Assembly (NCBI GenBank): GCA_013265495.1
Contig: MU058456.1
Span: 434,001 to 498,000 of the forward strand
From: Vicugna vicugna
Taxonomy: Eukaryota
Length of the DNA stretch: 64,000 nucleotides
Direction: 5' to 3'
The translations under genes and the position numbers were made by a program. Below are positions 23,421 to 36,379 of the stretch, in pieces; position 1 is the stretch's first letter; every line of letters starts with the position of its first letter. A model generated the notes under the pieces. It was given only the letters and a program-made list of their open reading frames with translations, was not told where the DNA came from and ran no database searches.

Positions 23421-26400
23421 TGTAAGTGTTTGCACTCAGATTTTCCTTGACCTTTAGTTCTGATCTGAGGGCTTCATGTCAAGGACACAGACCTGTGTCC
23501 TCAGAGGAGCGAAGGATTTTGCATGCTGGGCTCTACTTGCTCTATTGTTGGTGAGTGTTTTGTAACCTGTAGAAGACTCCAAGTTGTGTGTGTGCGTGCA
23601 TGCTTGAAGGCATAATTCCTTGCAAACTGATATTCTCACCACAGCCTAACTTTTGTACAGACATGGATGTCTCATTACAGGACTAAGCATTTTGCTCTAT
23701 ATTGAGGAACAACATGCTAATTTAAAAGGCCTCCGATTAGCTGGATGCGGCTTTTGATGTTCACCCTGATCGTCTTTGAGTGGATCCTCAAATAGCAAGG
23801 CAGCTATTAAAACAGTGTCGTTCCTATTAGGAGCATCATGCCTTTCATTTCCTTTTGTAGCCTGAGAATTGCTAGTATACATTTTACAAAAAGAAAGGTT
23901 TTTTTTTTTTTCTGACTTAATTTTGCTGAACTGATGGGTGTTTTCAGATGTGAGGAGAGGAAATGGAGAAAGAAGCCTACCTCTCTCCCTTTCTAGGGTC
24001 CAGTGTCTTTCTGTGGTGGTTATGCCAGCGAAAGGATGTTGTCCAGCCCAAAGTACCATTTACAAATACAGCCTTCTCTTCATGACAGCACTCTGCATTC
24101 CAGCCCGTCACCCCACGGCAGGCCTGGAACCCACGTGGAGGATGACTTGGACAGTGAAAACAGTCTCCTCCCTCCCTGCCGATTTTTCGCCACTAACACT
24201 CATCTAACGAATTTTGGTCATTGTCAGTGTTTTGGCCCTCAAGTAGAAGTGTGACCATTATGAGACAGTAAGTTGTACAGGAGTAACTGGGGTAGACGGT
24301 CCTACACAAGGGATTTGATGAGGTTCCTGTCCTGAACTGGGGTCCCTGAACACAATGGGGGCTCGCTGGGGGCTCGGTTACGGCCCCACCACCTGCAGAC
24401 CAGCGACTGGGCGAGCGGGAGCCCGAGAGTGTATGTATTTCACTTACTCGGAGCTGTCAAGTCTTATCAACCTTTCATTAGAACTGCTTTTTTCTCTCCC
24501 TGAAAACTCATAAAAATTCATATTGCAGTATCAGTGTCCGCAAGATCCTGCAGCATTTTGAGCTGCTTATGTCCTTTTCCCTAATAGATACATCATTCTC
24601 CTCATATACATGGACACGGATGTGTGCTTGAGAATCTGTGTTGGAGGCTCATGTATGTGCCAGAGTGGGTTTGCTGAGGGAAATAAACTAATCTCTCCCT
24701 CCGCCAGTTCAGTGTGACTAAGATATTTCTATGCACAGTTTCCAAAGATTCCATTCTGACCACTATGTGAAATTTTGTTAACCTCACATGCATTTTACTA
24801 GATACCTTTTCAGCATATCTATTTATTTTATTATTATGATGATGCTTTGCTTTCTTGTGTATCTGGAAAGAAATAAAATTAGATTTAATTTTTTTACCCT
24901 TAATATTTTTAATGAGGTCACCTTTTGTGTTAGAAACAGCAGATTTGTCAGTCCTTACCAACGCTGTGTATATTCTTATGCCCTTAAAAAGAAAGTATGA
25001 TGCTAGCCTAAGACTTTATATTGATATTTTAAGTATAGGTCTTAACCTGAGTGAGAGATTTAGACCATTTTTTCCCTTTTAATGGAGTGAGGAGAGGGGC
25101 AGTACTTAAAAGCAAGTTACCCAGTAATGATAATGCAGTTACCTAAATACTCTATAGGGAAAAACCATACTTGATTATGCTTAACTGTGTAAGATGAAAC
25201 CTTGATACAGAATAAAGTGGATAGCTTGCCCTTTTCTCCAGCACTTTTACTATAAAGTGGTTAGACTGTATCATGTTGATGAGTATTTGTGGACAGGAAG
25301 ACACATGGACCTGTGCGGAACTGCTCTCCCTCCACCTTAAAACTGTATGGAATTATGCCTGTCTCTGTTTTAAAAGCTCAGTGCAATTTTGAATTTTGTA
25401 TAAAGAGATGAGACTTACCGTTTAGTATAATGAAAAAAGAGGTTACTGTGTGAAATTAGAATGGGCGGATCATCTGCGTTACTTGCTATTTGATGGACTT
25501 CAGAAAAAAGCAAAGCATGGCCTTTTGTAAAACAAAACGACCTGGAGCGTTTCTGGTAGTAGAGAAGAACTGAGCTCTGTGGGCCGAAGTCTCATTTATG
25601 GAATGTTAATTATGAATTGTGACTTTAAAAGAGAATATTTGCTAATACTTACCTCTTGAATCCTTTTTTCCTGCATCTTTGTCTCTCCTTTTCTCCCACC
25701 TCACATGAGGACAATTCCGGTTTTTCAGGTCCCAATTTTTTTTTTCTCCTTGTGTCTCACCAGAAACATTAATTCATTTTGTTAGAAGGGTAGTGATCTC
25801 AAAAGTGGAGGATTATGACTCCAGTTGGGGTTTAATCAGCCTGAGCAGGTGCATTCTAAGTAAGAGAGATACAGTTTTAATGCAAATGTCCCCCCTGATT
25901 CAGAGGAAGGGAGACGTGGATAGGAATTGACACAATGGTTAAGCCAGAATTGTTTCTAAATAGATTGTTTTTTTCCGAATTCTCTGGGCACCAGCAGCAG
26001 TGTCTCATTAATAAATGGAAGAGAAACATAGAGGAAAGAGAAGTTGAGGGTGACTGTCTTAATTTTTTGCTCTGAGGGATCACAAATGCTTAAGGAAAAT
26101 GAAGTCAGAGGCTTACATCAATACGTGGGAGCCTCAGTGGTCCGTGCTCATTTGAGAGTAGAATTGGATTCTGGGACCCCAGATAAGAGGGGATGGTTGT
26201 ATATTAAAATGCCCTAAGTTGCCTCCCAGTAGGGCTTAACATGAGCCTTAGTAGGGTGGTTGGTAGTGAGGGGCCAGAGTTGTTTCTGTTCCTCCTTTGT
26301 CTTGAAGTAAGCTGTTGGCTGGGAAGGAGCAAGAAAACACTTGCTTAGTGTCTAAGAACCAGGTCTAACAACCAGGGCTCTCCTGTTCTGAGGATGGAGT

Positions 26401-26629
26401 CTTCATGTCAGGTGTCATTCTACTTTGCATTTCAGTTAATTGGGGATTTCAGAGAGAAACCATGTTTTGACTGAAAAAGCATTACACGTATTCTCCTCCT
26501 TGGGGTGGTTGTATGAGTGTTCATAATTGTTTATTACACTGTACATCTAAATTTTAGGTATTTTTCTGTACACTTAAAAGTGGTTTACAGAAAAAGACAT
26601 CAGTTTGTCTTATTTTCCAGCTCATCCAT

Positions 26630-27665
26630 ATGAGTGCATGATTCATTCTTCCATCTACTCACCATATACTTACTGAGCACCTACTATACACCAGATACTG
26701 CTACTGGCTCTGGGAAGACAGTAATGAACAACACAGGTAAAAGTCCCATTGTATAAAGAGGGACAGACAATCCGTTAAACAATGTGTTACAGCTGCGTGT
26801 CAGCAATCTTTTCCTGGAAGGGGCCAGATAGTAAATACTAGGCTTGGGAGGGCAGTTTCTGTCACAACTGCTCAACTCTGCCCTTGTGTGAAAGCAGCCA
26901 TGGACAGTATGTATGTGTGTGGGTTACTGACTGAATCAGGTGGTGGGCTAGATTTAGCCTGCAGCCTATAGTTTGCAGACCCCTGTGTTAGATGGTAGGA
27001 TGTCCTAAGGAGAAGAGAAAATGAAAGGGAACGTGGAGTACTGGGGTGTTGGGACAAGGGATGTTTGCAGTTTTTGACAGGGTGGTCAGAGAAGGCCTCA
27101 CTGAAAAGGTGACTTATGTATTGACTAAAATGTGTTCAGCCATGTGTATGTCTGAGAAAAAGAATGATCCATACCCAGGGAACAGCAAGTGCAAAGGTCC
27201 TGAGGTAGGACATACCTGGAGAAGTCAAGAAAGGGAAGGAAGGACAGGATGTGGGAAGCAGAGTGGGTAGAAGATGAGATGATGGGGATGAAGGACAAGG
27301 TCACATCATGCCAGCTTGTAAGGCCATTAAAAAACAAAAACTTGTAAGTCAGTTGGGTAGTCACTGGCAGATTTTGAGTAGAAAGGTGATAGTATCTAAC
27401 TTTTCACAGGATCACTGGCTTCTGTATGGCTGATAGACTGCAGGGGATCTGGAGTGGAAACCTAGCCAACCAATTAAGAGGTTATTAAGGTAATCAGGTT
27501 AGAGATGATGGTGCTTGGTGTGGGCTTATGGTGGTGGAGGTGGTGAGAAGCAGCTGGATTCAGGACATGCATTGACTATGGACTTACCAAGATTTGCTCA
27601 CAATGAAAGTGGGGTTTGAGGACTGGAGGAGTCAAAGATGAACCCAGAGTAAACTGGGAGTGTGG
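26630..27665 (-). mobile_element. L2 LINE 3' region, interrupted by MER58A
   Basis: 'cattcattc...tactgagcacctactatacaccagatactg...gtggtcagagaaggcctcactgaaaaggtgac...gggaacagcaagtgcaaaggtcctgagg...gagtcaaagatgaaccc'. Confidence 0.85.
26793..26985 (+). mobile_element. MER58A hAT-Charlie MITE inserted in L2
   Basis: 'aaggggccagatagtaaatactaggctt...tctgtcacaactgctcaactctgcc...gaaagcagccatggaca...tagtttgcagacccctg'. Degenerate 8-bp TSD TGTTACAG/TGTTAGAT. Confidence 0.85.
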
Positions 27666-28429
27666 GGTGTGGGAAAGGTGGTAGAAATACAGCCAGCAAT
27701 CTCCCCACACAGAGTCCCTGGCCTGATAAAGCACACACCTGAGATTCAAGGCCAAGCAGGGCTCTCTCAACCCCCGGATTTGTGTGTGCCCTGGTGGCCA
27801 GAGTGCCCAGTTCCTAAGGCTGTGGTCTGTTGGATGCACACTAGGGTTTGTTCACATCTTTCAGCCTCTTGTAGAGGTCCATGTTTTGTGCTACTGCAGG
27901 TCCCTCAGAATCCTGAATCCTTACAGGGCAGGTAAAATTTCTACATACAAATTCTTTGAGTGACTCTGTTTTAATCCATAAAGTTACTGGCAGAAATCCT
28001 GATACTGAGTGGATCACTGAGTAGGCCCTCCAACACAGGGAGGTACGTAGGCTGACATCTGGTGTCAGAGCCAGGGTCTTCAATGAATCCTCAATTCTAC
28101 ACACTATTGGTGGTTCTCTGTGTGTTGTAGAGAAGATGCAAAACTCTCCCACTCCACTGTTACTGTGCATGTAAGTAACATGTAGAGTTTAGGGCCAGAA
28201 AGCAATATAGGGCAGTCATGAGTGTTCTGTAAGTTGTCTGCTAAAACATCTGCAGATTGTTCCACACATGCATTGCCAAATTTATGACAGTTAAAGCACA
28301 GTAATGATTTGGAGACTATAAGTGGTGATTCTTCTAAGACAAATGCTTTGGTCTTACCTTGGTCTTATTAAGGAGCTGTATGGCAGTGCTTAAGATGCAC
28401 TGCAAAGGAGGTATTAAATCCTCTCAAGG

Positions 28430-28860
28430 GATGGGCATTGAAATTGCTATTGGACATCCAAGTGAAGATGTGAAGAAGGAAGTATAAATGAATCTAGGGG
28501 TAAGAAAAGACATGCAGGCTAGAGAGAGACATTTGGGGAGTCATTGGTGGTAGATAAAGCTGTGGAACCAATGGGGTCACTGGGGGAGTTGGAATCAGAT
28601 CTTAGTGTACTGTAGGTCAGGGGAGATGCAGAGGAGTGACAAGCAAAAGAGACTAGGAGGAATAGCCCAGGGGGAGATTTAAGAGGGAAACCAGGAATGT
28701 CTTGGAAGCCAAGTAAACATGATATTTTGAGGAGGATGGAATAATCATGTCCAATGTCGTTGAAAGATCAAGGAAGGCTAGACAGAGAAGTCTTTACCAG
28801 GGTACGAGACGTTGGTGACCTTAGAGCAGGGTGGATGGAATGGTGTGTTTATGAGAGAAT
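28430..28860 (-). mobile_element. L2 LINE, continuation of the 26.6-27.7 kb element
   Basis: 'ttggacatccaagtgaagatgtg...ggctagagagagacatttggggagtcatt...ggaagccaag...ttggtgaccttagagcag'. Confidence 0.7.
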
Positions 28861-31800
28861 TTCTAGATCAATGCCTGCAAATAACTAAACTCAGTGTGTA
28901 CGGTTAAGACAGCTGTGGCCTGTATTAATCACTGCCATTTTTCTTCTAACCATTTAATGTTTGTCATTAATATTTTAGTACTTCTAGGTAAAGAAAAAGC
29001 AACTCTATAGTAAAATGCAGAGCCTTATCCATTAAAAAAAAACAGATAGGAAGATTGACAGCTTCTGTTACAGAACTTTCCTCGGTCTTTCTCAGTTAAG
29101 CCATGTGACTTTGGGGTCTTGTCATTACAGTTTCACATCCTGGTCTTTCAGATTTGCTAAATATTTGTACAAATTAAATACCCTTCAACTCCTCTTGGGC
29201 ACAGTGCCATCAGTGCTTCCGTTTTTTTTTAAATGTAGATCACAGAGTTCTGAAACAAGGGACCCAGAGGGTCCTTGTCAGTAGGTCAGAGGTGTAAGGG
29301 AAATGACAGCTCATCTATTCAGCTAAAATCACATGTTGATTATGAATAATTACTTCCTCTAACATGGTCAGATTGAATTTCTTGCTATAGATCATAGAGG
29401 AAATTTTTTCTTTTGCTTAGAGGATAATTTAATAAGTCCGAAAATTGGAGCAAAGGGAAAATTAAGGGTTGGGGGGGAATAAAAAGTCATGGAGAGGTTA
29501 GTGTACAAGAATATATGAGTGCAGGTCCTGTGTAGTTGTTAGAAGAGGACCAAAAACTTAATTGTGAATTTGATAGAGTCTGAGCAGCCTAGGCTCAGAA
29601 GGAAACGTGATTGTTAGGTGATTCAGTGTCCGGAAGGCAAGGACAAGCCAGTTACTCAGGCCAAGGAGAGCTTTTCCTGGTCTTGAGGTCTGAGAAATTT
29701 TCCAACGTAGGAAATGTTAACTGATGAGTGTACAGTGTTCCCAACAATGTCCCTACAGTAGATACTCCAGAGTTAACGTAGAATTGCATCTTACTTTGAG
29801 GGAGAATGGTAAACACATGTTTATGTTAGTGATCTCAACAATGCTGTTTCTTTTTCCTGGAGAAAACTTGCTCTACCAATTATTGGCATCAGTCATCTCC
29901 GTGTTTTTTGATGTTCTTGTGGAGTGGAGTGGAGTGCAAGCTGGGGACTGCCTTTAGATGCTAAGCCGAGTGGGGCTGTGCCTGCAGTGGATGACCTGCC
30001 CTTGGGGTGGGGGGGAGCGGAGGCGTGGGAAGGCTGTGCTGCTTTCATACTGAAATCCCTTTAGATAAAGAAAAACATACTTGGCATATAAAAACCTGCT
30101 CTTCCTGCCCCCAGATGCCGTGAGAAGGCCTGGTGTAAATTCTGCTTTTGATGCTGACGGCTTTAGTGAAAGCTGGAAAAGGTGAAGTTTGGAAGAAACA
30201 CATTTACAGGGAGGTTCTGCATCTGAGTCCTGTAGGCTTAGCTCTCTGATGAGCCTGGCTGAGCGTTGATCCCCACCTGTGGATTGGCCTTTCCTCCTGA
30301 AAACCGTTTTCTTTCCAATCCCAGCTGTCTTCTCTGTTCAAGTTTTAGCGAATTACTTTAGAGCATTTCATCTTTAACATTATGAACCATTTCCACCTGG
30401 GCCCATATATATCTCCATTTGTCTCAGTGAAAGAATTTCAAGTCAAGCTTTGGTGTGTTTTACAGCATGCATAGCAGCTGCTGTCTCCCTGTCCCTCATT
30501 GCTTTTCTTTAGTATAAGTGACTGTTTAGTGGAACTCTAAAATACTGTCAGATTGCTAAGAATTGTTGGTTTATTTGCCCGTGGCTGCTGGGGGCTGGTG
30601 CAGGAATGACTGAGAATGTGTGGACTAACATTAAAAAAACTTATTAAAAAGCTGGGGCTTGCTAATTTTAACCAATGGTGAAGAATGCCTCTGGGTCATT
30701 AATATGCACATTTGAATAGGAGTGTATTTTTATTTTGAAACTGTGAAATATTTTGAGTGAAAACTATTGACTTGCAAGTAAAGGAATGGGGGGCTTTTTC
30801 AGAATGGGGTGGAGGGTTGAACAGCATTTTCAGTTCATTAAGTCTGATATTTGTTGATGAGAAAGGACCGTTCAAGGGCAATATTTTTCATCGTGGTTGT
30901 CATTTGAGTTCGGGGGAAAAAAATCCCTGGCCCACACTCCATACCAATTAAGTCCAACTCTCTGGAATGAAGCCTCGGTATGAAGTTCCCTAGAGATTCT
31001 TGGAGGCAGCCAGGGCTGAGAACTGTTGAAGGATGTTGCTAACTCTGGCCATCACGATGCAGTGATACTAAGCCATAATTGCTTGTAAAAAGTTGGAGCC
31101 TCCGGAAGATGCTTTTTGTTCTCTGGCATTATCATGCTAAATCTGCGTTCCGTTTTCATGAGTGTACTTAGGGAAAGTTGAACAACTCTACCAGTGAGTG
31201 CAGTGGTAATAGTAATAAATTGGATTTTATTTTGAGAGTTGGTTTGGGTGGTATCTGGGCTGAAGTTTATCCATGTTCTCCTTTGAAAGAGACTTCGTTA
31301 TAACATCAGCAGCATAAACAAAGTTGTTAAGGGGAGTACAATGTAGTTGATCAAACAAATTAGTAAATACTTTAGAGCATATACTGAGATTGAAACTATT
31401 TGTATATTATTTACGTCATTTTCTCTGAAAGTTCTTTAAGATTATACTTGGCAAACCTAATCAACTAGTATTTTTTAACCCTATGAAAGTATAGTTAAAA
31501 TTTGGACTACTGGAAGGTTACTCCAGTATCTCAGTTTTCTCATAGTTCAGAGTTGACCCTAGTAGAGAGCATCAGAAACTACAAAAAAAAAAAAAAGTGG
31601 TTCTGGAGAGTAATTGCTCTGCATCTCTGCTGCCTTACAGATTTTCTAAGGATAGTTATTTTCTAAGGATAGATATTTCAGACTGACTCAGAACTGGCAT
31701 TGCAGGCACGGTAACCGTGCTGGGTGGTAGAGGTGCTGCATTCACGAGCAACTAGGAAGGTGTGTAAGGCTTTTCGTCCTTTGACTAAGTGCCCTTGAAC

Positions 31801-31965
31801 TGCTGTGTCTGATTTCTGTAGTTTTTCTGTAGCAGCTCCCATTTTTTTTCCCCTGGTTTTAATTTGTCGCTTCTAATCTGCCTGGAAACCAAGTGATCAA
31901 ATTAGTTAGCGTTGTGGGTCAGATAAGAATTAAGAGGCTCTCAATAAAGACCCAAGGACCTTTTC

Positions 31966-32436
31966 TTTCTTTTAAAACATTTCTTTTTATTGAGTTATAC
32001 TCATTTTACAGTGTTGTGTCAAATTCCAGTGTAGAGCACAATTTTTCAGTTATACATGAACATACATACATTCATTGTCACATTCTCTTTCACTGTGAGC
32101 CAGCACAAGATCCTGTATATATTTCCCTGTGCTACACAGTACAATCTTGTCTATCTATTCTACATTTTGAAATCCCAGTCTACATTTTGTATTCCCACCC
32201 CCTGTCCTCCTGGCAACCACAAGTTTGTAGTCTATGTCTATGAGTCTTTCTGTTTTGTATTTATGGTTTTTTTTTTTGTTTTTTTTTTTTAGATTCCACA
32301 TATAAGTGATCTCATATGGTATTTTTCTTTCTCTTTCTGGCTTACTTCACTTAGAATGACATTCTCCAGTAACATCCATGTTGCTGCAAATGGCATTATG
32401 TTGTCGGTTTTTATGGCTGAATAGTATTCCATTGTA
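31966..32436 (-). mobile_element. Relatively young lineage-specific L1 3' end with TSD
   Basis: Antisense L1 3' UTR ('tagattccacatataagtgatctcatatggtatttttctttctctttctggcttacttcacttagaatgac'). TSD AAGGACCTTTTC (31954-31965) / AAGAACCTTTTC (32437-32448). Confidence 0.9.
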
Positions 32437-33039
32437 AAGAACCTTTTCAAAGAACAAAAATCTATGAATTGCAGTGAACAAACTTTTTGTTGGTTTACTT
32501 CAGGTCCTTTAGCTGTGCTGTAGGAAGGTGAGCTTGGTGGCTAATTTCTAAATGGGGGGGTAAGGAGTTACTTATGTAAAGAAGCAGTGAAGTGGGGTCT
32601 TCAGTGAAAAATATTCTAGAAGATGAAGTTTCTGTGTTTTATATACACATCCACCTCTAAACCTGAATCCCATATTTCAGTATACAGTCTTGCTGAGGAG
32701 CCAAGTCACACATGCACGCATGAAGGAGAGAAGCCACCTTGGGACCAAGTGGCACAGTGAGCTGTGGGAAACCAGTTAGAAGAGCACAGATGAAGGTTTA
32801 TTTAAAGTCTTGGTGTGGTAGGCAGTGCTGTAAGTGTTTTATGTATATAATAAACCCCTCAGTAATGTGCTCGGAAATAATACAACTTCAGATATATAGC
32901 TGTTGGTGGCTATTGGACATTTATGGAGCCAAGTTAATGGTCAAAACTTGCCATATACATAACTTAGAATAAGAAGATTTTGTATTTTGTGTGATTTAAT
33001 ATTTTGGCCCCCTTCTCATAGCATTGTGATGAGATTTTG

Positions 33040-33230
33040 TTCTATTAATTTAATGCTTGAAACAACCTGTGAGGTATTATCACCGTCCCCATTTTCTAGA
33101 TGAAGAAACTAAAGCAAGGAGAATTTAAGTAATTCTCCTAGAGTCGCTCCGTTAGTAATTAGCAGCGTTGGAATCTGAACTGAGCCTAGGCAGTCTGACT
33201 CCTGACCCCCGTCCTGGCGAGCTGTGCTCT
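33040..33230 (-). mobile_element. MIR SINE
   Basis: 'aacaacctgtgaggtattatcaccgtccccattttctagatgaagaaactaaagc...tgaactgagcctaggcagtctgactcc'. Confidence 0.8.
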
Positions 33231-33385
33231 ACCGCCGTGAGAGTTGCTTGAGCTTGTCCTGTCTGTTGGGAACTCAAGTCTGAGTTTTCGTTACAAACAA
33301 CCAGTACTGAACATTTCCATGCATAACATTTTTTTTCTTTGAAATATTTTCCTGGGGGAAAAAATCCCATAAACGGAATCCTAGA

Positions 33386-33830
33386 TGTTATGGGTTGAAT
33401 TCTGTCTGCTTAAAATTCATATGTTGAAGTCCCACCCCCTACCCCCATGCCTCAGAATGTGACCTTATTTGGGAATAGTCTCTGATGATGTAAGTTAAGT
33501 TAATTAAGATGGGGTCATACTGAAGTAGGGTGAGCCCCTAATCCAGGATGACTTGCAACTTTATTGAAAGGGAAAATGTGGATGCAGACATGTACACTGA
33601 GAGAACTCCATATGAAGAGGGGAGTTCTGCTGCCGGCAAGGCGAGGAATTACTGGAAGTTAGGAGCGAGACATGGAACAGATCCTTCCCTGGTGTCTTCA
33701 GAGGAAGCATGGCTCTGCTGACACCTTGACCTCAGACTTGTAGCCTCCAGACCTGTGAGATGATGAGTTTCTCTTGTTGGAGCTGCTATTTTGTGGTACT
33801 TTGTTACATTAGCCACAGGAAACTAATACA
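33386..33830 (+). mobile_element. MaLR solo LTR (MLT1A/B-like)
   Basis: Begins TGTTATGGGTTGAATT and ends GGAAACTAATACA. Internal 'cctcagaatgtgaccttatttgg' and 'ctgctgacaccttgacctcagacttgtagcctccaga'. Confidence 0.9.
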
Positions 33831-33949
33831 GATTCCTGGGGAAAATTCTCGTAGGTCCAAGAGCAATCTTCAGTTCACTGCTGTTCAGTAACTCTCAGAA
33901 ACTCTGAGAAACTGTAGCATAGATGCCTGTAATTTCTTCCTGGCCTGTG

Positions 33950-34460
33950 TCTTTTCTAGATAAATGTCCCTACCCAGTCTTCCAGGGGTCACTTACTTTA
34001 CCATGTCATCTTGCTCCATAGTTAATCATACCAAGCTGGGCACTCAGCCCCAGGAAGAACAATCAGAGTGGCTCTTCAGACTGTCTGGAATTGAGACACA
34101 GAGAGTTGTTAGGGAGTTGAGTTGAAAGGTCATGGGAACATGGGGATTCAGGCTACCATTCAGGGGCAGCCTTGGAGGAGTTGCTTGTAAGCAGGTGAAT
34201 GACTAGAGAAGCTAGACTCAGCAGCAGAGGAGAATGAGGGAGAGGTGGGACAAATACAGAGACCAATGGCTCCTGGGTGCAAGAGAATTTTAGAGTAGAT
34301 GTCTTGATTTTTGATGGTGTACAATTTGGAGGTTGAATTTTTCTTAATACCCAGTTGTCCTTATTGCATTTGGATGTGGGGAGACAACTCTATTGGCTTC
34401 TATTAAACTCCTCATAAGTGAGTTTCCATTTTTATAACCAAATGAACCCTGCCTGAAATA
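33950..34460 (+). mobile_element. Old MaLR LTR (MLT1J/K/L-like)
   Basis: 'caatcagagtggctc...ggaattgagacacagagag' and 3' end 'gagtttccatttttataaccaaatgaaccctgcctgaaata'. Confidence 0.5.
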
Positions 34461-34714
34461 GTGGAATGGTGTGTAGAAGGTTGCCTGAAGGATAGATAGT
34501 ACATATGTTCCTCTATCGTCTCCAAAACCTATCCTTGAATTGAACCTAGTCTTCGGAGAGCTTTGTGTCTGGACACACTGTTTTGGTCCTCTTAGAATTA
34601 TCTTGACGGACTTGTTTTTTGTTGTGATGACTTCAGCATTCTTGTGGCTCTGATGGGTGTCGCCAAATTGATTTTCTAAAGGAGATATATCAATCCATCC
34701 TACAAACTTTGAGC

Positions 34715-34833
34715 ATAACTATTTTACTGCAACCTACCAGAAATGAGTAATGGAGATTTTAAAAATTGTTGGTATAACTATTTTACTGCAACTTACCAGC
34801 AATGAGTAATGGAGATTTAAAGAAACTGTTGGT
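34715..34833. repeat. Tandem duplication, two ~59-60 bp units
   Basis: ATAACTATTTTACTGCAAC[C/T]TACCAG[A/C]AATGAGTAATGGAGATTT...TGTTGGT at 34715-34773 and 34774-34833. Confidence 0.95.
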
Positions 34834-36275
34834 AATCTTAAATGTAAAATGAAGTGAATTTTTTCAGTACAACATACATTTTTTAGTATAAGGTTGGGGT
34901 TTTTTTTTGTTTTTTTGTATTTGCTAACCAGTAATTTATATTAACTTTCTTTGTAGCCTAGTAACCGTTTACATTTTAATAGCTTGGTGTTTATCTTGCA
35001 AAATTGTGGATGTGACTTGGGAGAACCGCAGAATTCCTTTCCCTGAGGCAATAATTATAAGTTCTCTCCAGAAGGCACCCATAATTTCTGGTTGTTTTAC
35101 AGGAGGAATTGCATTTTAAAAAGAACGTGTAGTCTTTGTTACCATAACCCTAGGGCTGAGGACTAACCTGGCCAATCGCATTACACAAATTGGGAAAGAG
35201 AGGGAGGAAGTTCTGCCTTGGGACAGTCCCCCAGACCTTGGCCTTGGGAGCCATGTGCCGATTTGAATCTCCAATGCACACACATTTTTCTGGAGGTGGT
35301 ACAGACCTGGAGAGCATCCTCTAAATAAACACCCCCCCGCTCAGTCTTTAAAATCTGACTCTGGGGGCGGGTGTGATTTCTGTAACAGTTCTATGCCTTC
35401 TAAAAAGGTGTCATGCTTTGTCTGATTGAATATGTGTCTTACACTTATAATTGGATTTTTAAGTTTTATCCTTGCATAGAACCCACTTAGACAAGAGTCA
35501 AACGTGACAGCAGTTTGTGGCCTCCTCCGGCCTCGGGCAGATTGACTGGCCTGTTTCCCTCACGGTGAAGAGTTCTTTTACTTTCCCATTGGAAATGTGT
35601 GACAGTTGGCGTATTTTTAAGCTGTAAACTTGGGCTTCACTTGGGCTTCTTGGGCTCATGTTACGCTGCAGGCAGGTTTGAGGCACAACTGTGCTGCTGT
35701 TAGTAGGTCTGCTGCTGCTGATGGCCTTCTGACGAAAGCGGTTGGAAGGAATGCAGGTTTATTTCCTTAGTGTTTTTAATTTTTCTTCTGTAAAGGAGTT
35801 CTGCTGAGTGGTAGAGTTCTCGGGAGTATTTGAAAATACCAGTCTTCATGATGCCATTAATATCGTTATTATGAGTGTTGGAAAGATTGTTGGGGGACAA
35901 CGTGGTGGCCAGGCAGGGGCTTTGGAGGCAGCGTACTTGGGCTCATATCCCCAGCTGTGCAGTGGGGGTGGGAATGTCTGTCCTGCATGGTGAGTGGTAG
36001 ATGGAGGTTATTAGCCATCACTCACCCCTGCATCCATCTGGCTTTATCTAGTGTCCCTGTGCACATGGTCTGCAACCTCTTCCAGTTTTTCCACATAGCT
36101 TGTTAAAAAGTTCTATCACCGAACTTCCCTTGGTGAAGTGGAGGGTGTGTGTGCTAAGGGCTGAGATAAGTGCTTGATTTCACTCAGTATATTTTCCAGA
36201 CTAAAAATTATTCTGGCCTTGAGGTGTGGAAGAGTATCTTATACAATTCAGGTATCTTGGTAAGTGTAAAATCAA

Positions 36276-36379
36276 GTATATATCATATATATATATATAT
36301 ATATATGATATATACACATCATATATATATATGTGTATATATATATATACACACACACGCACACACACACACATATATA
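36276..36379. repeat. Compound (TA)n/(CA)n microsatellite
   Basis: Read directly from the sequence. Confidence 0.95.

Noticed and set aside
33348..33853. Similar TTCCTGGGG(G)AAAA motifs either side of the MLT1 LTR as a long TSD
   Set aside because: The left copy is not adjacent to the LTR start and MaLR TSDs are about 5 bp; probably coincidental or an older local repeat.
34715..34833. CRISPR-like or other array
   Set aside because: Only two directly adjacent copies, no spacers, and a mammalian context.
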